Origin: an uncultured virus (IMG/VR IMGVR_UViG_3300025102_000017)
Lineage: Duplodnaviria > Heunggongvirae > Uroviricota > Caudoviricetes
Reading direction: 5' to 3' (one strand)
DNA length: 64,000 nt
IMG/VR virus record: IMGVR_UViG_3300025102_000017
Made by a program: the position numbers and the translations under genes. The notes under the pieces are model-generated. The model did not search any database and was not told the DNA's origin. It worked only from the letters and a program-made list of their open reading frames with translations. This document shows positions 28,901-38,508 of this stretch, piece by piece; position 1 is the stretch's first letter; every line of letters starts with the position of its first letter.

Positions 28901-31900
28901 GACCGAGTGCCTGCATTTGGAAATGTCCGTAACACTGATATTATTGATCTGCGCCCTCGCGTAGCACCCTTTAGTGGTAGCACAAGATCACCCTTTGAGT
29001 TTGAGTCACGGAACTTTGCCTCTGGTGGACAGTCTGTACCTAACGTTTTAGTCTCAGATGAGACTATTCAATTTGATTATAGGCACTATCTTGCTCGTAA
29101 AGATCGCCTGTATATCAATCAGAACAATACCTTTACCATTGTAGAAGGAACACCTGCTGAGCGTCCGGTGTTGCCTGACCCCATGACCGACTCCTTTGAG
29201 TTGGCACAAATTGATTACAAACCATATGTCTATGACGCACGTTACGATACGAAGATAACTTTCAAGGCAAATCGTCGATATACCATGAAGGATATCGGCA
29301 AACTTGAGAACCGTATTGAGGATTTGGAAGAAATTACTTCCTTGTCCTTGCTTGAGGCAAAGACTGACAGTCTGACAATCAAGGATCCTGACACTGGACT
29401 TGATCGTTTCAAGAATGGTTTTGTTGTTGATCCATTCCGCAACTTTGATGTAGCAGACAAGACTCAAACTGAGATCAAGTATGAACTTGATAACGGCACC
29501 CTTATTGCTAAGCAGCATAGGGATAGTGTTGATCTGTTGCTCGGTTCTAACACCGTTGTTGGACTGAATGGTGCACCTGATCCTACTGTCGATCCTCGCT
29601 ATACAAATGATCTAGGTTCTCCCAATATCGTCAAGACTGGTGACGTTGTTACCTTGGCGTATGAGGAAATTATTGATCGTAGTCAGAACTTTGCTACACG
29701 TCTTGAGAGTGTGAACCCCTACATGTACCGCGATTGGGGCGGTATGATGCAACTCACTCCTGACTCTGACGTATTCATTGACCGCAATCAGGTCACGATT
29801 ACTGAGGGTGAAGGTTTTGCTAATGACTTCTTTGCACAAACTGAACCACAACCATTCATGCGAGAGCAGAATGTTCAGTTTGACTGCACTGTGCTGAAAC
29901 CCAATACACAGCACTTTGCATATTGGAATGGAACTGATATGACGGATGATAACGCATATACTGTTCCTAAACTGATTGAGGTTACCCCAACTCAAGGTTC
30001 TTTCCAAATTGGTGAGGCAGTTCGTGGTTACATGTTCAGCACTCAAGCGAATGGTCAAGGATTTGATCTCCGCTTCCGTCTGGCAGCTCCTAACCACAAG
30101 GATGGTCCTTTCAATGCTCCGACCATCGTATATAACCAGAACCCATATAGCAATACTGTGGGTCTTTCTTCTGCTTACTCAGAGACCACTAGCGTCCTCA
30201 ACGTTGACACTCAGTCACTGAATCAGAAGTCTGATGCTAACTTCTTCGGCACTGTGACTGAAGGTATGGTGTTGGTGGGTGAGTCTAGTGGTGCACAGGC
30301 AACTGTTTCTGACATTCGCTTGATCACAGACGAGACTGGATGTGTTCAGGGTTGCTACTACATCCCACCAAACATGTTCCGGGATGGAGATCATACAGCA
30401 GCGATGCACCAGGTTCGTCCTGAGACTCTGATTCCTGGTAAGAATGTTAGTACGGCAAGTGCTGAATTCTTCACCGAAGGTTTTGAGATTACTGAAACTA
30501 CGGTTATCAGAACAGAACCAGCATTGCCTGAGCCTGTTGTCAATGTGATTACTAACATCACAAACAACACGACAAACAATATCACTAACGTTACTAACAA
30601 TAACATTACTAATGTTAGGAACGTTACTAACGTAACCAACGTTCAGGAGAACAACAACGACGACCCCCTGGCACAGTCGTTTGTAATTACAGAAGATCCT
30701 GGCATCTTCATGACGGGTGTAGACATGTTCTTCCAGAGCAGGTCTGAGACTATCCCAGTCAAGATTCGTATTGTGCCACTGGAGAATGGTTATCCTTCAG
30801 TGAAGGTGATGAAGCACAGTGAGGTAGAACTGGATCCAGAACAGGTCAACATCTCAGATGATGGTTCTGTTCCTACTAGGTTCACTTTCCCTGCTCCTGT
30901 GTATCTGCCTGCAGGTGACTATGCTTTCTACCTGGGTTCTGCCTCTGGTGACTATGACGCCTGGATCTCTCAGGTGGGTGAAGCAGATATCAACACCCTG
31001 TTTGGTAACCAGTTCCAACGTGTTGTGGTGACTAAGCAGCCTGCTCAAGGTTCCTTGTTCAAAGCACAGAGCAACAACACCTGGACTGCTTCTCAGTTGG
31101 AAGACTTGAAGTATGTTTCCTATAAGGCAAGGTTTACTGCCGATGAAGGAAGCATCCGTCTTTATAACCCACAACTGAACCTGTTTGGTGCACGAAATAA
31201 ACTGCCCAACAACCCCATTGAGGTTTTCTCTAAGCGAGTGTTTGTTGGATTCTCTTCTGGCATGGAAGGCAACCCCCACATTGTAGAGGGAACTATCATG
31301 TCTCAGGCAAACAATACCACTGCACGTGGTGTGGTTGCTGAGAAACTAGCACACCTTGGACAAGCAGCAAATACCCTCAGTATCACCAATTCTGGTTCTG
31401 GTTATGAAGATGGAACTTATGATCCTGTTACTCTTCTCACTGTAACTGGTCGTGGTATTGATGCTGTTGGCATCGTCACTGTCTCCAGTGGTGCTATTAC
31501 CCAAGTAACCGTCAAAGGTTTTGAGACTGGTGAAGGTTATAAAGTTGGTGATACCTTGACTGCCAACCTTGGCACTAAGGGTCTGGGTAGCAACCTTCTT
31601 ATGACTGTTGGTGTTACCACCGCTGTAAGTGGTCTGGTTCTTACTAATGTAAGCGGCAGCGAATTCGACACATCTAACAACATTTCTTATATCCCCACTG
31701 CTGGTGCTGGTGTTGGTATTGCCTCTGCTCAGGCGGACATCATTCCCAATGTTGTCACAATCAACACTGATGAGTATGATGGTCGCCACTTCAAGGTCAA
31801 CCACCCCAACCATGGTAATCACTCAGAGACATCATATGTGACCCTTCAGGGCATTGCTGCTGACTCTGTTCCTACCCGGTTGACTGTTGGATATGCCGCT

Positions 31901-33079
31901 AGCGTAAGTTCCGTTGTGAGCGTTGCTAGTAGCGCAGGGTTCAACATGTTTGAAGGTGAGCAAGTTTCACCCAGCAACCTTGGATATGCACTGATTGGCG
32001 ACGAGATCATCAGTTACACCTCTGTTGGTACTAACCAACTTACAGGAACAATCGTTCGTAATATCGACGATTCAATCGCAATGTCTCATGAGATTGACAC
32101 CCCTGTTCAGAAGTATGAACTGTCTGGCGTCTCACTTCGCAAGATCAATAAGTTGCATTCATTCGGTGACGTTACCAACGCCATTGAAAACAAAATTGGT
32201 CTTGACCATTACTACCTGAAGCACGGTGGTTCTAACTACTTTGCTAAGGATAAGGTTGGTGGCGGTGAGCGTGGACGTGCATCTGCGAACATCTCCTTCG
32301 ATACTGTGAACCCCAACATCGCTCACAGTGCTCCTACAGGCACTCAGGTCACCGGTAAGGTCCGCACTACTTCCGGTACCAGTGTTGATGGTAATGAAGC
32401 ATCCTTCTTGGATCAAGGATTTGAAGACATCTCTCTGCTTGGTAAGACTGAATTCAAGTCTGCTCGTATCATTGCTTCTCGGGACAATGAGCAGCAGAAG
32501 AATACCATCCTGACTATGCCTGGTGCAAAGTCATTCACCTTCGAGGCAACTCTCAAAACTGAAAACGAGAACGTGTCTCCTGTGGTTGATGTATTCAAGT
32601 CTTCCATCCTGACTGAATCCAATCGTATCAACAACCCGGTTTCCAACTACAAGACTGACCGTCGTGCAAATGGAACCGAGGATCCACACAACATGGTCTA
32701 TCAGACCAAAGAGGTTCAACTTGAGAACCCCTCCACCTCATTGAAAGTTCTATTCGCTACCAACCGTCCTGCTGCCACTGACATTAGAGTCCTGTATCGC
32801 CTCAAGCGAGAAGATGCTGCTGACTTTGATAAGGTGTTTGAACTGATGCCTGGTTTCAGCAACCTTGACTCTGACGGCGACGTGTTGAATCCCAAAAATA
32901 ACGATGGAAAACCCGACAAAAAGACTTCCCCAAGTCTTGAAGGGCAGTTCAATGAATACGAATTTACTGCTAACAACGTTCCTGCCTTTACGGCATTCCA
33001 AGTGAAACTTGTATTCAATAGCAGCAATTCGGCAGAGGCACCTAAACTGCTCGACTTCCGTACAATTGCAGTCGCATAA
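25943..33079 (+). CDS. Giant virion structural protein (DUF4815/VrlC-like)
   Basis: MPQNTNLNVSPYFDDFD, VQARELT, ARRTFDESGDY, RYTMKDIGKLE and DPLAQSF. Confidence 0.8.
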   Translation: MPQNTNLNVSPYFDDFDSEKNYTKILFKPGSPVQARELTTLQSVLQGQIEKFGKHIFKEGSVVIPGKYNYDPDYTYVKIESTFFGVPVESYYDKLIGLRIQGKQSGVTAKVVNLLSSTESLTGNTTLYIKYEGSSSDLSGDTFLDGENLITLSDFTYGTTTITADSDFASAIAASATGTGCSFKLIRGIFFARGAFIEVPTDTLILDQYTNRPSYRVGFQVTEKIVTAVDDSTLFDNAAGFSNFTAPGADRLKISLSLTKKGLTDFNDESFIELYRTDEGKVKQLVDRTVYNEIAKEFARRTFDESGDYYVRKFPIEAKECLNDRYSVFGQFLPSRLTEDGNVPSKDLMCIGVGPGKAYVKGFESYLQGYRNLDVTKPRTTKLIKDRGIPFVAGNRMRVNNVYGGAQIKLNADTADFVDLRSKRLLSNRTSLPGDSIGRARVYDFKLQNAAYADVTSVFELMLFDIQLDTVLTLNQALTLASPARIEGASSGAKGMLRTDMSNTTSMVLTDVAGTFLEDEQILINGERQGRVISSVRDYDMQDVKSVRSTGGSRTFAADVVLEEKTAYTNTFQLAANGNLTASLTSWAKLLRVGDIVSYTDVSQTDPVYLEVSAIAGTNQSATLIDSSDGAVAGVAHNAIHSSGNVTITDLKIIAGRIKNSDEGFLYADMPHRYIESVDLTDSILYIRKEYTGQTTSGDGQLTLPSLVGTDFIYSGFDEERYSVVYTDGSIEPLTSDQVVLTGGSKSGTISGLTASQSANVVVQTTQQKANVTSKVKSLVKQATLVVSGSSNINSGISTGISDGLSPSNIYGKRVQDAEVSLDVPDVVTVHAVFESSGTAGPTIPNLQMSSFTGSSGDNSDLIVGEIGVGKSSGAAAMILARDGGDKIEICSKNSNNFIPTEEIEFSQSGVRANISSVNPGDPNIRANFVLDNGQREEFYDFARLVRKPNSNAPQGQLKVYFDHYTINSEDGGDILTASSYERPEYDRVPAFGNVRNTDIIDLRPRVAPFSGSTRSPFEFESRNFASGGQSVPNVLVSDETIQFDYRHYLARKDRLYINQNNTFTIVEGTPAERPVLPDPMTDSFELAQIDYKPYVYDARYDTKITFKANRRYTMKDIGKLENRIEDLEEITSLSLLEAKTDSLTIKDPDTGLDRFKNGFVVDPFRNFDVADKTQTEIKYELDNGTLIAKQHRDSVDLLLGSNTVVGLNGAPDPTVDPRYTNDLGSPNIVKTGDVVTLAYEEIIDRSQNFATRLESVNPYMYRDWGGMMQLTPDSDVFIDRNQVTITEGEGFANDFFAQTEPQPFMREQNVQFDCTVLKPNTQHFAYWNGTDMTDDNAYTVPKLIEVTPTQGSFQIGEAVRGYMFSTQANGQGFDLRFRLAAPNHKDGPFNAPTIVYNQNPYSNTVGLSSAYSETTSVLNVDTQSLNQKSDANFFGTVTEGMVLVGESSGAQATVSDIRLITDETGCVQGCYYIPPNMFRDGDHTAAMHQVRPETLIPGKNVSTASAEFFTEGFEITETTVIRTEPALPEPVVNVITNITNNTTNNITNVTNNNITNVRNVTNVTNVQENNNDDPLAQSFVITEDPGIFMTGVDMFFQSRSETIPVKIRIVPLENGYPSVKVMKHSEVELDPEQVNISDDGSVPTRFTFPAPVYLPAGDYAFYLGSASGDYDAWISQVGEADINTLFGNQFQRVVVTKQPAQGSLFKAQSNNTWTASQLEDLKYVSYKARFTADEGSIRLYNPQLNLFGARNKLPNNPIEVFSKRVFVGFSSGMEGNPHIVEGTIMSQANNTTARGVVAEKLAHLGQAANTLSITNSGSGYEDGTYDPVTLLTVTGRGIDAVGIVTVSSGAITQVTVKGFETGEGYKVGDTLTANLGTKGLGSNLLMTVGVTTAVSGLVLTNVSGSEFDTSNNISYIPTAGAGVGIASAQADIIPNVVTINTDEYDGRHFKVNHPNHGNHSETSYVTLQGIAADSVPTRLTVGYAASVSSVVSVASSAGFNMFEGEQVSPSNLGYALIGDEIISYTSVGTNQLTGTIVRNIDDSIAMSHEIDTPVQKYELSGVSLRKINKLHSFGDVTNAIENKIGLDHYYLKHGGSNYFAKDKVGGGERGRASANISFDTVNPNIAHSAPTGTQVTGKVRTTSGTSVDGNEASFLDQGFEDISLLGKTEFKSARIIASRDNEQQKNTILTMPGAKSFTFEATLKTENENVSPVVDVFKSSILTESNRINNPVSNYKTDRRANGTEDPHNMVYQTKEVQLENPSTSLKVLFATNRPAATDIRVLYRLKREDAADFDKVFELMPGFSNLDSDGDVLNPKNNDGKPDKKTSPSLEGQFNEYEFTANNVPAFTAFQVKLVFNSSNSAEAPKLLDFRTIAVA
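30535..30665 (+). repeat. Low-complexity N/T/V/I coding repeat (TNV/TNI/TNN units)
   Basis: VVNVITNITNNTTNNITNVTNNNITNVRNVTNVTNVQENNNDD, encoded by imperfect actaac-type units. Confidence 0.8.
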
Positions 33080-33219
33080 TGAGAAACAAAGGAGATCGAA
33101 AGATCGCTAAGAAAATCTTGAAGATCGCTAAAAAGCATCCCGAGATGTATACCCCAGCAGAACTTTCCTATGCTAGATTGATCAAACGTATCAATAAAAA
33201 GAGGCCGTTAGAAGAATGA
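33079..33219 (+). CDS. Small basic hypothetical protein (46 aa)
   Basis: Not in the track. TAATG overlap; MRNKGDRKIAKKILKIAKKHPEMYTPAELSYARLIKRINKKRPLEE. Confidence 0.65.
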   Translation: MRNKGDRKIAKKILKIAKKHPEMYTPAELSYARLIKRINKKRPLEE

Positions 33220-33246
33220 GTTGGGGATTTTTATGGGAGGTTCTTT

Positions 33247-33456
33247 ATGAACAACAAAAGAATGAAAGTGAAGGATCATCCCAATCTGGAGAGGGATCCT
33301 AATAGCACTGCTATTGTATCCACCGATAAGGATGGATACAAAAAATACATTTCTGAACGTAATCTTCGCATAGCAAAAGATAAGCGTATTGAGGAACTTG
33401 AATCTCGTTTACTGAGATTGGAGGCACTGATTGCAGAGTTACCTAGTGATAAATAA
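33247..33456 (+). CDS. Small conserved T4-like hypothetical protein with coiled-coil C-terminus
   Basis: GGGAGG SD; KVKDHPNLERD..S.AIV motif. Confidence 0.75.
   Translation: MNNKRMKVKDHPNLERDPNSTAIVSTDKDGYKKYISERNLRIAKDKRIEELESRLLRLEALIAELPSDK
33449..33455 (+). promoter_or_regulatory. Late promoter (ATAAATA)
   Basis: 22 nt upstream of 33477. Confidence 0.6.
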
Positions 33457-33476
33457 CTTTGTGAATTGTGTGACAG

Positions 33477-33812
33477 ATGGCGGTTCCTGTAGTAAACATT
33501 CAAATTGAACAAGGCACTGAATTTTCAGCGACCTATACAGTTACTGCTGCCACTGGAAGTCCCCTAGATCTTACTAACCATAGCATCTCAGCTAAGGTTG
33601 GCAAGTATGAGGGGTCACAGGGTCTTGGTTTTGGAGTTACCTTCGGTTCCACACCAACCGATGGAAAAATTACTATTTCCTTAGACAATGCGACTTCAGG
33701 TATTATTACCGCAGGTCGTTATCATTATGACGTTGTAGTTACAAACGATATTACTTCCAAAAAGTCTAAAGTAATCACAGGTCAAGCTCACGTCAACGGG
33801 ACGATTTCCTAA
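33477..33812 (+). CDS. Small virion protein (Ig-like adaptor)
   Basis: NIQIEQGTEF...PLDLT...GRYHYDV pattern; late promoter upstream. Confidence 0.65.
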   Translation: MAVPVVNIQIEQGTEFSATYTVTAATGSPLDLTNHSISAKVGKYEGSQGLGFGVTFGSTPTDGKITISLDNATSGIITAGRYHYDVVVTNDITSKKSKVITGQAHVNGTIS

Positions 33813-34195
33813 TGGCAAACGAGTATAATGTGTCCTTAGGTAATGATGAGGACTTTTCTGTTTCCCTTTCTTCAGCAGGATTATCTGCTTTAGAATCTGG
33901 AAGTTTTACTGTTGCATTACAAGGTTCAGGGACATCAGGAGGAGGAGGTTCTGGAGACGTGGATAAACTAATTCAACTCAATGATGTAAATGTAACGAAT
34001 TTGAGTTCTGGAACGGATAAGTTCGTTTTAGTATACGATGCTCCCTCCAACTCGTTCAAATTCATAAACCCTGACGAAGTTATTGATAGTGCTATTGGGG
34101 ACAATCCTGCACCAGAAGGATTGACTTCTACTGCTATTGATTATTTGGATGATGTGCTTGATGATAAGATTGATCTAGATGGTGGTTCTTTTTGA
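33812..34195 (+). CDS. Small fibre-associated protein
   Basis: LIQLNDVN and VLVYD motifs; ends in DGGSF like the adjacent fibre. Confidence 0.65.
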   Translation: MANEYNVSLGNDEDFSVSLSSAGLSALESGSFTVALQGSGTSGGGGSGDVDKLIQLNDVNVTNLSSGTDKFVLVYDAPSNSFKFINPDEVIDSAIGDNPAPEGLTSTAIDYLDDVLDDKIDLDGGSF

Positions 34196-34197
34196 AT

Positions 34198-34204
34198 CTA
34201 AATA
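34198..34204 (+). promoter_or_regulatory. Late promoter (CTAAATA)
   Basis: In the intergenic gap upstream of the fibre gene. Confidence 0.6.
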
Positions 34205-34272
34205 TATCAGATCAAATCTTGAATATATTTCGGAATGCTTCCTTGATTATTCAAATAACGACATAAAGGTAA

Positions 34273-37200
34273 ATGGCTGCACCTGTTTTACAGTTCAAGC
34301 GTGGCAATCTCGCCGCATTGCCAGGTCTCCAAGCAGGTGAACCTGGATGGGTCACAGACAGTTATGATCTGTTTGTCGGCATTGACTCCAATACCAGTAA
34401 CAACAAGGTAGTTGGATCAGCAAGATATTGGACAAGGGAGGGTACCACTAGTGGTTCTGCCGTCCGCATGGTGGAAGGGACCAACAATGGTCAACACTAT
34501 GTGTCTTTGGGGTCTCCTGCGGCACTCACAAGCAATCAAGAATACATCCTTCCCGCAGCTGCTGTAGCAGGCGGATATATGAAGGTAGATGGATCAGGCA
34601 ATATGTCCTGGTCTACAGAAGTTGATATTGATACTCCCCTCTCGGTGTTGGACATCGACGGTGGTACTGATATTGGTGCTGACCTTGCTGACGGCGACCT
34701 CCTCATCGTGGATGATGGTGGTGGTGGAACGAATCGTAAGACAGCACTGTCTCGCGTCAAGACTTATGTTCTTGGTGGTGGTTCCGGTGCTAGTTTTGCT
34801 GCAATCAATGTTTCTGGCATTGGTTCTATTGCATTCGTCAAGAGTAGCACTGGTGATTTCAGTGGTGTTGTTACTGCCTCTTCGTTCGACGGCAGTCTTG
34901 CTACTAGCAACCTGACTGGTACTGTTGCTAACAACCAACTCGCCAATAGCACGATTTCTTTCGGTGGCATTGAACTGGCACTGGGTGCCTCTGATGCTAC
35001 TCCTGCATTCAACCTCCAGGATGCTACTGGTTATCTGACTTCTAACCTGTCGGGCACGATCACCAACGCTCAGTTGGCTGGTTCGATTGCTGACAGCAAA
35101 CTGAATCAGATCACATCTGCCAATAAGGTTGATGTTTCTGCTATTGATATTGATGGTGCTACCGACATCGGTGCTGACCTGGTTGATGCTGATCTTCTGG
35201 TTGTAGATGACGGTGCTGGTGGCACCAACCGCAAGACAGCAATGTCCCGCGTCAAGGATTATGTCCTTGGTGGTGGTGCTGGTGCCAACTTCGTCAACCT
35301 GAATGCAACTGGTATTACGACCACCGTCCAGTTACAGTCAGTTGACATCAACGTGTCTGCTGGTGCAACTGTTACTGGTGCTCTTGACGTTGATGGTGGT
35401 GCAAACATTGCCTCTGGTCTGACCGTAACTGGCGGTCTGACTGCAAACTCTGCAATCATTTCTGACCTGACGGATAACCGGGTTCTGATTGCTGGTTCTG
35501 GTGGTGAAGTCGAAGACAGTGCCAACCTGACCTTTGATGGTTCTGATCTGGGCGTGACAGGTGATGTCACCGCTTCAGGCACTGTCCAAGGTGCTCAAAT
35601 CACTGCTACCAGTGCTGCAACCCTTGCTTCTGCTGCTGTCCAAGACCTGACTGATGGTCGTGTGGTTCTGGCAGGTTCTGGTGGTGAACTGGGTGATGAC
35701 TCTGGTCTGACCTACGGTGACAACGATCTCCGTGTTACCGGTGGCATCAACGCTACTGGTGTTGCAACTGCCACTCAGTTCGCTACAGGTGCTTCTGGTT
35801 CTGCAATCATCGTTACCAGCGACACGATCACTGGTCCTTCTTCAATCACCCTTGACCCTGCTGCTCTCAACGACAACAGCGGCACGGTGTTCATCCTGGG
35901 TGACCTGCAAGTCAAGGGCACCACGACTCAAGTTGACTCCACCACAGTTTCTGTTGCTGACCTGGCAATCGAAGTTGCTAAGGGTGCTGCCAACGATGCC
36001 GCTGCTAACGGTGCTGGTTTCACTGTTGACTCTGGTGAGGGTGACAAGACCTTCCACTTTGAAGCACTGGGTGACAACTTCGGTTCTTCCGAGAACCTGA
36101 ACCTCGCTTCTGGTAAAGTCCTCAAGGTCAACAACACTGAGATCCTGAGTGCAACTGCTCTGAGTAGTTCTATTGTAGTTGATGCTGCTTCTGTCAACAT
36201 TGACGGTGCAACTGCAATCGGTGCTGATCTGGTAGACGCTGACCTCTTCCTGGTTGACGACGGTGCAGGTGGTACAAACCGCAAGATCACTGCTACTGAG
36301 ATCAAGGACTACATGCTCGGCGGCGGTGCCGGTGCAAACTTCGCCGCAATCAACGTCACTGGTATTTCTACCGTCGCGTTCGCTGATGCTACAACCCTAA
36401 AGGTTGGTGCTGGTGCTACCGTAACTGGTGCTCTAGACGTTGATGGTGGTGCTAACATCGCTTCCGGTCTTACCGTAACTGGTGGTTTCACTGCTAACTC
36501 CGCGATTGTTTCTGACCTGACTGACGGTCGGGTGGTTCTTGCTGGTTCTTCCGGCGAACTGGAAGACAGCGGCAACCTGACCTTCGACGGTTCAACCCTT
36601 GCTGTCACGGGTGCTGCAACTGTCAGCACTGACCTGACGGTTACTCAAGAACTGACCGCTCGCGACGCTACCCTCCGTAACGTTGTCTCCAGTGGTGTTA
36701 TTACTGCAACCGCCATTCGGAACTCCGATGCCGGTCTGCTTCCTCTGGTTGGTGTTTCCAGTCAGTCTGGTCACACAGGTATCGTTACCGGATTCAAGTT
36801 TACTGGTACTGGTGTTGAGGACTATAAGGTCGAAGACGGTACTGCAACTGTCACCCTGTCGGGTGTTGCTGCTACCACCTTCACCACCAGCGGTACTGTT
36901 ACTGCTACTCAAGGTCAAACTTCATTCACTGTTGCCTCTGGTTTCACCGAAGGATTCGTTGATGTCTATCACAACGGTGTTCGCCTGATTACAGGTACTG
37001 ACTACACCCAAGGCAATGACGGTCAAACCGTTACTCTTGCTTCTGGTGCAACCGTTGGTGACGAACTTGAGTTCGTTGCTTGGAAGTCACTGGGTGACAT
37101 CGTTCACATTCAATCCCTGAAGACTGCCGCTGACCTGACTGTCACGGGCGTCGCTACCGCAACTGGCGGTTTCGTGGGTGACCTGACTGGTGATGTCACT

Positions 37201-38235
37201 GGTACCGTCAGCGATGGTTCTGGTCTGAATGCTGGTACCGTCCCACTGTCCTCTTTGGACATCGACGGCGGCACTGACATCGGCGCTGACCTGGTTGACG
37301 CTGACCTCCTGATCGTTGACGACGGCGCAGGCGGCACCAACCGCAAGACAGCACTGTCTCGCGTCAAGTCCTACGTGCTCGGCGGCGGATCCGGTGCAAC
37401 CTTTGCACAGATCAACGTTACGGGTATTGCCACCAACACCTTCCTGAAGTCCACCACCGCAACAGTGGGTGCTGGAATGACGGTCGGTGGTGCACTTGAC
37501 GTAGACGGCGGTGCAAACATCTCCGGCGGTGAAAGCGTCCTTTCTTCCGCAACCGTCTCCGATCTGACCGATGGTCGCATCGTGGTCGCGGGTGGATCTG
37601 GTGCCCTGGAAGATGATAGCAACCTCACCTGGGACGGATCAACTCTGGGAATCGGCGGTGCTATCAGCGGTTCTGGTGGTGCATCCATCACTGGCGGCGA
37701 GACCGTCATGTCGTCTGCTACGGTGTCTGACCTGACTTCAGGTCGCGTCGTGCTCGCGGGTGGATCCGGTGCTCTCCAAGACAACGGTGGTCTGACCTAC
37801 AACGGTTCTACCCTCGCGGTTACGGGTGCGATCACTGCATCCGGTAACATGACCGTCAGTGGTGACCTGGTTGTTGAAGGTTCTACTACCCAGATCAACA
37901 CCACCAACACTACCATCGAAGACGTTCTGCTTGAACTGCAGAAGGTTGACGGCGGTGCTCTGAGCGGCGACACCAACAAAGACGTTGGTATCGTGATGAA
38001 CTACTACAGTGGATCTGCCAAGAAGGCAGCAATCTACTGGGATGACTCTGCTGCTCGCTTCGTCCTCGCAAGCGAAGCTTCTGAGACCTCCGGTGTTATG
38101 ACTCCTAGCGCCTACGGCGGTTTGGAAGTTGGTTCCCTGTTCCTGAATGATTGTGCTGGTCAATCTCAAGTGATCTCCTGCTCCGGCACGACTCGCTCAC
38201 TGGAGAACATCACAATCGACGGTGGTTCGTTCTGA
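34273..38235 (+). CDS. Long tail-fibre-like protein with internal repeats
   Basis: LQFKRG...GEP N-terminal fibre motif; G/A/T/S/D-rich; several repeat families. Confidence 0.8.
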   Translation: MAAPVLQFKRGNLAALPGLQAGEPGWVTDSYDLFVGIDSNTSNNKVVGSARYWTREGTTSGSAVRMVEGTNNGQHYVSLGSPAALTSNQEYILPAAAVAGGYMKVDGSGNMSWSTEVDIDTPLSVLDIDGGTDIGADLADGDLLIVDDGGGGTNRKTALSRVKTYVLGGGSGASFAAINVSGIGSIAFVKSSTGDFSGVVTASSFDGSLATSNLTGTVANNQLANSTISFGGIELALGASDATPAFNLQDATGYLTSNLSGTITNAQLAGSIADSKLNQITSANKVDVSAIDIDGATDIGADLVDADLLVVDDGAGGTNRKTAMSRVKDYVLGGGAGANFVNLNATGITTTVQLQSVDINVSAGATVTGALDVDGGANIASGLTVTGGLTANSAIISDLTDNRVLIAGSGGEVEDSANLTFDGSDLGVTGDVTASGTVQGAQITATSAATLASAAVQDLTDGRVVLAGSGGELGDDSGLTYGDNDLRVTGGINATGVATATQFATGASGSAIIVTSDTITGPSSITLDPAALNDNSGTVFILGDLQVKGTTTQVDSTTVSVADLAIEVAKGAANDAAANGAGFTVDSGEGDKTFHFEALGDNFGSSENLNLASGKVLKVNNTEILSATALSSSIVVDAASVNIDGATAIGADLVDADLFLVDDGAGGTNRKITATEIKDYMLGGGAGANFAAINVTGISTVAFADATTLKVGAGATVTGALDVDGGANIASGLTVTGGFTANSAIVSDLTDGRVVLAGSSGELEDSGNLTFDGSTLAVTGAATVSTDLTVTQELTARDATLRNVVSSGVITATAIRNSDAGLLPLVGVSSQSGHTGIVTGFKFTGTGVEDYKVEDGTATVTLSGVAATTFTTSGTVTATQGQTSFTVASGFTEGFVDVYHNGVRLITGTDYTQGNDGQTVTLASGATVGDELEFVAWKSLGDIVHIQSLKTAADLTVTGVATATGGFVGDLTGDVTGTVSDGSGLNAGTVPLSSLDIDGGTDIGADLVDADLLIVDDGAGGTNRKTALSRVKSYVLGGGSGATFAQINVTGIATNTFLKSTTATVGAGMTVGGALDVDGGANISGGESVLSSATVSDLTDGRIVVAGGSGALEDDSNLTWDGSTLGIGGAISGSGGASITGGETVMSSATVSDLTSGRVVLAGGSGALQDNGGLTYNGSTLAVTGAITASGNMTVSGDLVVEGSTTQINTTNTTIEDVLLELQKVDGGALSGDTNKDVGIVMNYYSGSAKKAAIYWDDSAARFVLASEASETSGVMTPSAYGGLEVGSLFLNDCAGQSQVISCSGTTRSLENITIDGGSF

Positions 38236-38259
38236 TAGACAAATAAAAATCTGATATAT

Positions 38260-38283
38260 AGGGGAGGCGACTCCCCTTTTTTT
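38260..38283 (+). terminator. Intrinsic terminator with GNRA loop
   Basis: AGGGGAG-GCGA-CTCCCCT followed by a T run. Confidence 0.8.
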
Positions 38284-38508
38284 ATGTCTAAAGAAGAAGA
38301 AATTCAGAATATTCTGAACGTGTACATGAAGAGACTTTCTGACGAGATTGCCAGATCTGTTGCATATGAAGCACGTATCAACTTATTGAATGCTCAGTTA
38401 GAACTTGCTGTAAAACAACTACAAGCACAACAACCAGCTGATGGTGGTAATTTTGGTTTGCCAGAGAAACCTGCAAAGGTAGGTGCTGGTAGAACTGCTA
38501 AGAAATAA
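38284..38508 (+). CDS. Small coiled-coil hypothetical protein
   Basis: 74 aa; contains DGGNF, echoing the DGGSF ends of the upstream fibre genes; TAATG coupling to the next gene. Confidence 0.65.
   Translation: MSKEEEIQNILNVYMKRLSDEIARSVAYEARINLLNAQLELAVKQLQAQQPADGGNFGLPEKPAKVGAGRTAKK

Noticed and set aside
30535..30665. CRISPR or tandem DNA array
   Set aside because: Imperfect in-frame coding repeat with no constant repeat-spacer structure; no CRISPR array seen in the window.
34640..37860. Diversity-generating retroelement template/variable repeat pair
   Set aside because: Differences between repeats are mostly synonymous rather than adenine-specific, and no reverse transcriptase is present in the window.
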